From Histomonas meleagridis 2922-C6/04-290x (Eukaryota; Protista; Parabasalia), in NCBI GenBank assembly GCA_020184695.1, contig JAANOX010000243.1, positions 1 through 64,000 on the forward strand: 64,000 nt of DNA, read 5' to 3'. Positions within the stretch are counted from its first letter, which is position 1. The number at the start of each line of letters is the position of its first letter. Shown here piece after piece: positions 55,206 to 64,000 of this stretch. Position numbers and translations under genes: made by a program. The notes under the pieces are model-generated. The model ran no database searches. It had not been told where the DNA came from and worked only from the letters and a program-made list of their open reading frames with translations.

Positions 55206-58200
55206 ATGTTAAATATAACCGTTCATCAAGAAATGAGCAACTCAGAGAAATGGAGCCAACTTCTTGATGAATTGATGCAACAAAATATTTCAAAGCCTCA
55301 CCATCAATTTCCTAAACGAATTGAGCCAACTGATTCAACATATTTATTACCAAAACAAATATCAATTGAGAATAAAAAGGTTCATATAATTTCCAAAGTA
55401 TCTGATAATCTTGATACAGGTTCCACTTTTTCACATGACCAAAAATCCAAAGAACCCAAAGTATTTTGTTGGAATGATATCTCCTATTTAGCAGATGAAG
55501 TTGCCTTCAAAACAGTTTGTACAGAACTTGAGAAAGAATACAAATATGAATTTCCAAATAGCACTATAGAATTTTCCAAACTCTCAACATTAACAGCTTC
55601 ACAAGAAGATGAAATTTTAATTTGTCATATTTATGCTCCTCTTCTCAACAATGATTACTCCCTTAATATTTCCACACATAAATCATCATCTTACAGTTCC
55701 AAAAACATATGGGAAAATTATGAAATCCGAAATCAAAAATCAAATGACACAATATTTACGCCGAATGAATTTCTTGACTTTTGTTCCATCCAAACGTCAC
55801 CTTCTATTTTCATTTTTGATTGTCCAAACTCGTCACAATATTGTGATATTCTTCGAACAACGTATAATGACCAAATATTTGTACTCGCGTTATCCAACGA
55901 GTTCACTCCATACACACCACACCTTCCTTACGACATATTCACTTCGTGTCTCTTTTCCCCATCAAAAATTTCACTGCTCATTCAAACACAAAACTATGAC
56001 GGAATAAACTTCGGAATATTAAAACCGTTAACGCTGAACTCATTAATTTTATTAGATGATAATAGTTCGATATTAGCGTCGTTAGATGAAGTATTGGATC
56101 AATTTATCGATTGTATTGCGTTTGAAACCTTATCCAAAAATGATTTGACGTTATTTTATCGACTATTTCGGAGTGATAAAGTTACAACAAAATTATTTTA
56201 TCATTTTATATTCGCATGTAGAGTCCTAAGGTTTTTATCAACAGGACCAATCTCATATCCAACATTACCTGATATGAGTTTACATCCATTATGGGATGTA
56301 TTTGATTTACAAGTCGATCGAGTTTTATACTCGATCAATAACCCAAACATCAAATCTATTTTTTCATTTGACAAAATATTAGAAGAACAACTTCAGCAAC
56401 TTGAAAATTGGATTATATTATATAACATAAATCGAGAAACGCCAATAGAATTATCATGGATTGCGCCATTGTTAGCGAACCCTAAGTTTTTTGTGCGTTC
56501 CATTAAATTTGTAAAAAAGTTTATTACAATCTCTAATGAGACCACACATAAATTTCTTGATACCAAAGGGTTTCCAATATTAGTCAACAAGATGAATGAA
56601 ATTGAGCAATATGACACTAAGACGTTATCCAATTATTCATTTGTTATAGCCGCATCAATCTTATTATCTTCAGAATTAAAATCTTTTTTTTTAACCAAAA
56701 CGACTTTCTGGAAGAACATAATATTAAATGCAGATGCCGAGTCATTAATATTATCATCGTTATGTTGTCTTATCCAATTTGATGTATTTGAAGATATATC
56801 TCCAAAAATATTTGAGCTAACAAAACATAGCTCATCCAAAGTACGTACATTATCCAATCTATACCTAAGTAAAATGCGGAATAACATTGAAACATTCAAA
56901 ACCGAAATTAATATCAACAAAGAAGAAGATCCATTATGTCGCTCCACATTAATATCACGGATTGCACAATTAATACGTAACTTAGAACCCACTGATAAAC
57001 TACGAAATATATTATACTTCGAGTTAATTATGAATTTGGATAATCCATTTTCATTTGTACGTGAAGAAGCTCTTATCGAATTATCGTCGATCTTTGATAA
57101 TGACTTATTAGAGTATTGTAAGAAATTCGACATAAGTTTATCAATACAAAACCCATTGATTACATATTTCTCACATAAGTTATCGATATTTCCATTTGAA
57201 CTTTCGCCAATAGTAACGAATCGAATCATCGAATTCTTAAATTATATTGAAGACAAAATTAATGATAAACATCCAATCGAATTAAAGTCCAATTTAACAA
57301 AGTCATGTTTATCTTGTATCATACATTCCAATGATAAATTTAATGACGAACAAATCGAAATTAATTCCAAAGGTACATTATTATGTTTAACTAATAATAA
57401 GTTCATTAATAAGCCTGCAATATCACCATCCGGATTATTATTATGTTCTGATGATAAAGCGATAATTTCATGTCAAACCCCATTTAATAATGAACAAATG
57501 TATAACTTCTTTAACCCGAAAGTTAATTATGCGATAATACCACAAAGGTTTCATTTGTTCTTTGGGCAACGTGAATCGAATCCATCGAAAATTTTATATA
57601 ACACGTATATCAATGATTATCGAATATTAGCTGTAAGTAATAGTTCACAAGTTATAGTTATTGATTCACATTCTTCAATTGAACCTATATGTAGTTTTTG
57701 GATGTCTGAACCTGATATCTGTAAATTCATTACTGCTGATTATAACATTAATAATTATCATATATTAGCATCAAGTGAATTTTGGAAAGGATATATTTTT
57801 GACGTTGAAACACAAAAACGAAATAACGAAGTAATGTTTGACAAAGGCAAAGTTTTGAGGATGCAATGGCTTGGACCGTTTAATTCTTTGTTTTATGTCA
57901 TTCAAGAACAACCGAATTGTATGATCAATATTTATGATGAAAGAACAAACGAAAAGGAAATATCGTTTAAATGGGGTAACGATGTAATCGTTGGTTGTAA
58001 CGCGTCATTATCAATGCCGATGGATTTGGTGGTAGCAGATGAAAATGGAAAATTGGCAATCATCGATTTGAGGGCTATGGGTGAAGTCGAAAGATCTTCA
58101 CTCGGGAGGACCGTTAAGCAATTTGAGGTGCACCGGCAGCTGCCGATAGGAATGGGGGTGGTCGATAACTCGGTGTTCGCTTTGATGTTTAATGATGGAC

Positions 58201-58322
58201 TAAGACCGGACTATTTGGGTAATATTAACATCGATAGCTTCTGCTTACATAACTCTGACGCGTCGTGCGCTATAAGAATTGGGAATAAGGTCGAAAATAT
58301 TGATATAAGAATTGATGTGTAA
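55206..58322 (+). CDS. RPTOR: Divergent Raptor/KOG1-like protein (RNC-HEAT-WD40), 1038 aa
   Basis: PHLPYDIFTSCLFSP, LFRSDKVTTKLFYHFIFACRV, PISYPTLPDMSLHPLWDVFDLQVD match Raptor RNC blocks; WD-like C-terminus. Confidence 0.85.
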   Translation: MLNITVHQEMSNSEKWSQLLDELMQQNISKPHHQFPKRIEPTDSTYLLPKQISIENKKVHIISKVSDNLDTGSTFSHDQKSKEPKVFCWNDISYLADEVAFKTVCTELEKEYKYEFPNSTIEFSKLSTLTASQEDEILICHIYAPLLNNDYSLNISTHKSSSYSSKNIWENYEIRNQKSNDTIFTPNEFLDFCSIQTSPSIFIFDCPNSSQYCDILRTTYNDQIFVLALSNEFTPYTPHLPYDIFTSCLFSPSKISLLIQTQNYDGINFGILKPLTLNSLILLDDNSSILASLDEVLDQFIDCIAFETLSKNDLTLFYRLFRSDKVTTKLFYHFIFACRVLRFLSTGPISYPTLPDMSLHPLWDVFDLQVDRVLYSINNPNIKSIFSFDKILEEQLQQLENWIILYNINRETPIELSWIAPLLANPKFFVRSIKFVKKFITISNETTHKFLDTKGFPILVNKMNEIEQYDTKTLSNYSFVIAASILLSSELKSFFLTKTTFWKNIILNADAESLILSSLCCLIQFDVFEDISPKIFELTKHSSSKVRTLSNLYLSKMRNNIETFKTEININKEEDPLCRSTLISRIAQLIRNLEPTDKLRNILYFELIMNLDNPFSFVREEALIELSSIFDNDLLEYCKKFDISLSIQNPLITYFSHKLSIFPFELSPIVTNRIIEFLNYIEDKINDKHPIELKSNLTKSCLSCIIHSNDKFNDEQIEINSKGTLLCLTNNKFINKPAISPSGLLLCSDDKAIISCQTPFNNEQMYNFFNPKVNYAIIPQRFHLFFGQRESNPSKILYNTYINDYRILAVSNSSQVIVIDSHSSIEPICSFWMSEPDICKFITADYNINNYHILASSEFWKGYIFDVETQKRNNEVMFDKGKVLRMQWLGPFNSLFYVIQEQPNCMINIYDERTNEKEISFKWGNDVIVGCNASLSMPMDLVVADENGKLAIIDLRAMGEVERSSLGRTVKQFEVHRQLPIGMGVVDNSVFALMFNDGLRPDYLGNINIDSFCLHNSDASCAIRIGNKVENIDIRIDV

Positions 58323-58772
58323 AATATAATGTTTTGGATTCATTATGCGTTTTTTAGTATGAATAAAATGGAAAAAGTCAGACAAGTAACAAATGATTTG
58401 CAAATTTTATCTCTGGAAAAATTATTATTCGAATAATGATGACAATGAATATGATCCCAAGTGTAATGATTAGATGCATTGAACAATCGCTTTTTTATCT
58501 TCTTCATTTAAGTGATAAATTCCACTTATGCATTTGAAGGCTGTTTAAACAGATCTTAAGATCAATTTGAGATCTTTGTTTTCAATCTTCGAAAGTAATT
58601 TTATTTATAAATTTTTGAGTTGATTGAAATTATGGTCGGGATCAACAAAGATCTTAATTAAGATCTCAAACCAATGGATAATTATTCAAAGGACTTGGTT
58701 AACCAAACATATAAACAAGTTATGGCATTTTAAAATGCTTCAAAATATATTATTTTTATTTTTTACTAACTT

Positions 58773-60120
58773 CTAAATTTGATTGATAAATTTTTCTTCT
58801 TTAAAATCATCAGCAAATGGATCTTCATCCATATTAGTTTTGAATGTATTTTGAAATGTGTTTTGGATTTCAACATTATTTGGTTCAATGCTCTCTTTCT
58901 CTCTTTTTCCACTTAAATGTTTTTTATGTTTGATTCTAACTAAAAGAATAACAAGTAATGAAATGATAATAATTCCGACGACTACAACGCAAACAGAAAT
59001 GATAATTACATTTTTATTTTCATTTGTTTGAAAATCACTTGAAAATAAAAATGTATGTGATGAATTAATGTATGAAAATGTAAATGAACTTATTTGCGTA
59101 TTATATAATGGTATTGTTTGTGTGATAGAATATAAATATGTTAAAGTGCTTACAAATGTTAATGAAGAATTTATTAAAAATGATTTGGTAAATGTATTCG
59201 AGTTAGATAATGTTTTAGGTTGAGAAAATGTATTCGAATTAGAAAATCTATTCGAATTAGAAAATGTATATGTTATTAATAATTGACATTCATTCGTTAA
59301 TCCTTTAGCAATATTTAATGAGCCAAATGTTTCATTTAAATATGTTAATGGAACAATAACAATATTCGTTGAAATATTAACAAATGAATTACTTTCAATA
59401 TTTGGTGACATTTCTCCTAAATAATAAATACATTTCATTCTATAACAATTAATAAATGAATATTTTGAAATATTCGTAACATTTTCATGTAATATAATAT
59501 TTTCTAAATAAAAAATACTTGAAAATGAATATTCAAATATATTGAATATTGAATCATTTGTTCTGCCTGGTGGATAAATGATAATAGTCGTAATGTTTTT
59601 ATCATAAACAATACCATCTTCTTGATAATTAGAATATTGTGTATTATTTTTTTTGATTCGAATATTTCCAAGTTGAAAACAATTTTCATTTAATTCCAAT
59701 TGATGTTAATGAATTTGGAATTATAATATGATTTAATAATGATGAACAATTACAAAATGCGTAATTTCCAATTGATGTTAAATTTTCACTTAATTTGATT
59801 ATTTTTTATGAAGAACAATTATAAAATGCAGAATATTAAATTCATGCTAATACATTCGGAAGTGAAATATTATTTAATGAAAAACAATTTCAACATACTG
59901 AATTCCCAATTTCTGTTAAATTTTCACTTAATTTGATTATTTTTAATGAAGAACAATAAGAAAATACCGAATTTTTAAATGTGATTAACTGAATTCGGAA
60001 GTAAAATATTATTTAATGAAGAACAATTTCAAAATACTGAACTTCCAATTGATGTTAAATTTTCATTTAATTTAATATTATTTAATGTATAGCAATAACA
60101 AAATGCTGAATTTCCAATAT
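58773..60120 (-). pseudogene. BspA-like pseudogene: broken LRR array (59700-60120), intact stalk/TM/tail frame (58773-59699)
   Basis: TSIGNYAFCNCSSLLNHIIIPNSLTSIG then a frameshift; upstream LRR units carry stops; tail VIIISVCVVVVGIIIISLLVILLV and DEDPFADDFKEEKF. Confidence 0.85.
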
Positions 60121-60842
60121 GATAAACTGAGTTACTGATTAGTTTATCGGAAAATTTTTATTTTAAATTTATTTTGTAAATCATTGATACCCGAATCATC
60201 ATCACAACACACAAATTACATTGATGATAATTCTGCTTAGACAAACAAAGCAGAGATGAAGGCTTCTAGAAATGTTTCCATATTTACAATCGCAGCCAAA
60301 TTTAACTCTGATATTCACGCTATTGACGACATGATTTTGTAGGGGTTATGATGATGGTGATAAGTAAGCAATAATAGATAAAATAAATTCGAACTTAGGA
60401 GATATGTTATAAAACGTTGCTTTTCGTGTTATAAATTGTCAAATTAGCTCAGAAATACTCATCGTTTTATCACAAATATTGCGTAAAACGTCGAATCACA
60501 TATCAAAAAGTTGTATCGCATTTTCCATGTAAACTTTGCAAGTATGCCGCTGCTGTAACTGTACGGCCATAACAGTCATTTCAATGTGGGGCGCACAATT
60601 TTCGAGAGCTTTACATTTTAGTGTAAAATACTCCTCTCAATATTGTATCCACAAAAATTGAGGAGTTAAAAGAATTTAAATATCAATAACTTTCTTTATA
60701 TTTGGTATAATCAGATATAAAGCAATGCATTTATTAACAATTACTAATATATTATATATTTGAATTTAATATATGTTTAACAAGTTATATAACGAAAAAT
60801 TTTGAGTTTAATAAAAACGTTCGAAAAAAAATATTTCACTTT

Positions 60843-61820
60843 ATGATTGAAGCAAAGGACAAAAATTTAACTTCTTGGCTCGGCGACGTCCCCAAGATTC
60901 CTGAAGAGTTCAAAGCATTTGCAAACTTCAACGAAATTTATCCTGAATTTTCGAAGCAATTTAATTTAGATCCAGAAAAAGCAAAGTTAAGATTATTATC
61001 ACAAAAATCCTCATCAAAGGCACACTCGTTTGCTTCATATCTTTGCTTTTGTTCTGATCTTTATCCCGTCAAATTATATCAATCAATCTTTATTAATGAA
61101 AGTTCCGCTAAAATGCTTTTATATGACTTCTTTTCTTCCATAAATTTAGAATATACTACTATATACCAAGCAGCATATTTACTTCTTTCAAGAATTGCGT
61201 TTCCAAATAATTTTAATCAAATCAAATTAATTTTTGACACTTTAGCTTATGCGTATCATACAGCCAATCCTTACTATGCCATTGATACAACGCAGATTTC
61301 TAAAGTTTTTGCTTCATGCGTATTATATTCGGTTTATCGTATAGGAGCAAATCAAATGTATTATGAAACCTTCAAAGAATACATATCAGACGTTGGACTC
61401 TCTGATGAAACAAAGAAAAGTATCTTTGATCAAATTTCGGAAATTCCAATTCCAATTTTTCTCACGTTTAGATTAACATCAGATCAACCAATGATTGACC
61501 ATAGTGGGTACCTCAGAAAATCAGGTAGTGTTCGTGCTACAAAACGATATTACAAAATTGATAATCTTAAAATGTTAGTTTATGACAAGAAAAAACTTGT
61601 TAAAGAGTTCGAACTTGCTGGCTGTATTGCTCGTTACATTGAACAAGGCCCTCACGAACAACGCCATATTGAAATCAAAACATCAGATGGAAAGTTGATC
61701 GAGCTTAAATCTGGAAAAAAAAGCGAAAAAGAGAAAGAAGAACTAACTTCGTGGGTAGATGACATCAATTTTGTTGCTTTTGTTGGACTTCTCAACAAAA
61801 TCTTTTCGGAAAAAAATTAA
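60843..61820 (+). CDS. Degenerate Sec7 plus PH domain protein (cytohesin-like architecture), 325 aa
   Basis: FFSSINLE...LLSRIAFPNNFNQIKLIFDTLAYAYHTANP (Sec7-like); HSGYLRKSGSVRATKRYY...SWVDDIN (PH). Confidence 0.7.
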   Translation: MIEAKDKNLTSWLGDVPKIPEEFKAFANFNEIYPEFSKQFNLDPEKAKLRLLSQKSSSKAHSFASYLCFCSDLYPVKLYQSIFINESSAKMLLYDFFSSINLEYTTIYQAAYLLLSRIAFPNNFNQIKLIFDTLAYAYHTANPYYAIDTTQISKVFASCVLYSVYRIGANQMYYETFKEYISDVGLSDETKKSIFDQISEIPIPIFLTFRLTSDQPMIDHSGYLRKSGSVRATKRYYKIDNLKMLVYDKKKLVKEFELAGCIARYIEQGPHEQRHIEIKTSDGKLIELKSGKKSEKEKEELTSWVDDINFVAFVGLLNKIFSEKN

Positions 61821-61949
61821 AATAAGTTTTTGTTAACAATAAAAATCCTTTATTATAAATTTGTTTTACTTAAACTGATTACATACTATCTAAAGTCAAA
61901 AAAAAAAATCATTTTTTGATCAAAACTAATTGATGCTCAAATAATTATT

Positions 61950-62180
61950 TCTTACAGCACTTATGTTTGGTCATATAGAAATATTAAAATTACTTTTAGA
62001 TAAAGGAATTCATGTTAATGCTAATGGTATTTATTTGTTTTGTTTAAAATTTATTTTAATGATTTGATATTTCAAAATAATATTTGGAAATTATTTAAAT
62101 TATTTGAAACAGCACTTATTTACGCATCCGAAAATGGTCATACAGAAATAGTTAAAATGCTTGAACAGAAAGAGACATAG
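61950..62180 (+). repeat. Second ankyrin-plus-insert locus, two repeats, no upstream gene body
   Basis: TALMFGHIEILKLLLDKGIHVNANGI, then insert, then ETALIYASENGHTEIVKMLEQKET*; period 155 bp (170 minus 15). Confidence 0.85.
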
Positions 62181-62484
62181 ATATCACACATATTTTTTAC
62201 ATTAAAAATTTAATATTCTGAAGCTGTGTAGTTTTTTGATATCTAAAAATCTATTACATGTAAAAAGAAAATATTTTTTATTTTTATATGATTTAATAAT
62301 AATTTATTTTAAAAATTAATTTACATAAATGTTAGTGATTTCCAAGCTAAGTATTTTTAATATTATCATTAATATCGAATTTCAAAAAATAACAAAATTT
62401 TTTATCATATTTAGTTATGTTTGTGTATTTTCTTCTTGGATTTCTTGATATCCGATTTTATTGAGGATGATTTGAATTTCTTTA
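62140..62484. repeat. 345-bp exact inverted duplication, copy B
   Basis: Reverse complement of 44914-45258. Confidence 0.93.
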
Positions 62485-64000
62485 AAGAATTGCGCATCTT
62501 TTGAGGTCATTTCGAAATATTCTTGAAAAGTTTCGTTATCATCAGAAAACATTATTAACAATTCATTTGGAAAGTTTTCTGAGAAATACATCAAAATTTT
62601 TATAAGTAATCGATTAAATTTATATGAAAAAATTTGAGTTTTTAAGCACAAAGAAATACATTTTAATATAATATGTGAACATTCATCAATTTCTTCTTGT
62701 CTGAAAGCTTCAACCAAAAAATTTAATGAATTCATAAATGAAATTAATGTAAACGAAATATCATCTATAGAACAATTATGAAAAATATATTTAATTATTT
62801 GAAATATGATATTTTTCATTTGGATGAATAATTCTTTAAAATTCATTAAGCTCATTAAAAATGTTTCAAATGTATATATTATTGTTATCAAAGGAATTTC
62901 ATTATTTCTTAATATGTTAATTTGAAATTCGATAAATTTCGGAAGTATTTCATTTGGAATTAATTTCATTTTTAAAAATTGCTTTATTCCATGATATAAA
63001 ACATTAAGTTCAATCGGATTATTTCTTTGATAAATTACAAAATACATTTGAAGAACACTTTGAAGAAATACTTTATCTAAAGGAACAACAAAACATGAAA
63101 TATAACTTAAAGGAATTATTGAAGAAATTGCAATATCATTTATTGGTGAATTAAACATCTGAATAAACAATATAGAAGTTTCTTCATAATAATTTGATAA
63201 ATCTTTTTGAAATCGTTTAATAAAACAAGAAATAATTAATGATAAATCATAAACAAGCCAATTATAATTAGTTAATGATTGCACTAATAGAAAAAAAACA
63301 AATTTAAATAATGATATAATACAATAATGTGATTCTTTTATCATTTTCCTAATGATTTTAAAATGTTTTATTGTAATTAAATTTTCATAATTTAGTAAAT
63401 TTATTAACATTAATTCAAGCATTTCTTTATCATATTTCATATTAACAACTTGAAAAATTGAATAAAATAATGAATATATATGAATTGATACATTTGGTAT
63501 ATCATTAAAATGTGTTTTGACTATCAAGAAAATTCCATCAGTAATATTTTCTAAGTTTGGAATTTGCGGATTGTTCATAATCATTTTTGTAAATCCATTA
63601 GATATACAAATTATTGACCATTCTCTAATTCTTGGAATTGGATCATTTATAAGTTGTATTAGTCGTTCTAATACATGAAGGAAAATTACAGAATTTGTAT
63701 TTTTAAGGATATATGTTAATATAATTAATGATACAAATCGTTCACCATAATTTTCGGAATTAATTAATATATTTATAATTGACAATAAATCAATTTCAAT
63801 TATCTTTAAAAGAGGAAATAAAGTTGCAATTGCAGATATATGTGGTTCCCAATCTGTGTTTAAATCACATTCTGGTGGGCATGAGATTATAAATTTTATT
63901 ATATTATTAAAGAATTGATTTAAAATATCATTTGTAAATGGATATTCATCAGAATAACGTAAAAATTTCTTTGTTAATAAACAACAATGAATTAAAATTA
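62415..64000 (-). CDS. Importin-beta-like HEAT protein, 5' end outside the window
   Basis: Frame stays open from the ORF-track TTG (63785) to the window end, adding ...SCPPECDLNTDWEPHISAIATL; also LINDPIPRIREWSIICIS (HEAT). Confidence 0.7.
   Translation of the reverse strand, partial: ILIHCCLLTKKFLRYSDEYPFTNDILNQFFNNIIKFIISCPPECDLNTDWEPHISAIATLFPLLKIIEIDLLSIINILINSENYGERFVSLIILTYILKNTNSVIFLHVLERLIQLINDPIPRIREWSIICISNGFTKMIMNNPQIPNLENITDGIFLIVKTHFNDIPNVSIHIYSLFYSIFQVVNMKYDKEMLELMLINLLNYENLITIKHFKIIRKMIKESHYCIISLFKFVFFLLVQSLTNYNWLVYDLSLIISCFIKRFQKDLSNYYEETSILFIQMFNSPINDIAISSIIPLSYISCFVVPLDKVFLQSVLQMYFVIYQRNNPIELNVLYHGIKQFLKMKLIPNEILPKFIEFQINILRNNEIPLITIIYTFETFLMSLMNFKELFIQMKNIIFQIIKYIFHNCSIDDISFTLISFMNSLNFLVEAFRQEEIDECSHIILKCISLCLKTQIFSYKFNRLLIKILMYFSENFPNELLIMFSDDNETFQEYFEMTSKDAQFFKEIQIILNKIGYQEIQEENTQT

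Noticed and set aside
60222-60311. Box C/D snoRNA candidate (TGATGA...CTGA with an internal hairpin)
   Set aside because: No terminal stem, and an rRNA target cannot be verified. The opposite strand reads as a long semi-open frame, so a decayed gene is equally likely.

Overview
AT-rich, gene-dense eukaryotic DNA with no canonical introns that I could find. It is almost certainly from a parabasalid (Trichomonas/Tritrichomonas/Histomonas-type protist). Support: BspA-like surface proteins, a DUF3447-ankyrin gene, an R2R3 Myb gene, trichomonad-type core promoter motifs (Inr TCATT/TCACT, M2 AAAGTGAC, M3 AACGGTT-like, M5 CCTTT) and frequent TAAA stop/polyA overlaps. The window has about 35 intact protein genes (RPS15A, RPL26, G-alpha, a 7TM protein, PP1, PP2A-A-like, Raptor-like, Rad23, TBC, RhoGAP, Sec7-PH, CTL/SLC44, MPDU1 and others), one tRNA-Val(AAC), several decayed gene remnants and a probable DNA-transposon end. 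The most unusual structure is a set of ankyrin arrays (44.4-45.9 kb and 61.9-62.2 kb). Each ankyrin repeat is separated from the next by a fixed-length AT-rich insert, giving a 170-bp period that is not a multiple of 3. The inserts show no indels. They carry a positionally conserved stop (4 of 5), an open -1 frame, a central dyad and in-register direct repeats. This points to unrecognised non-canonical splicing or recoding, or else to concerted decay. An exact 345-bp inverted duplication links the two ankyrin loci. All family assignments are by motif recognition only; no searches were run.
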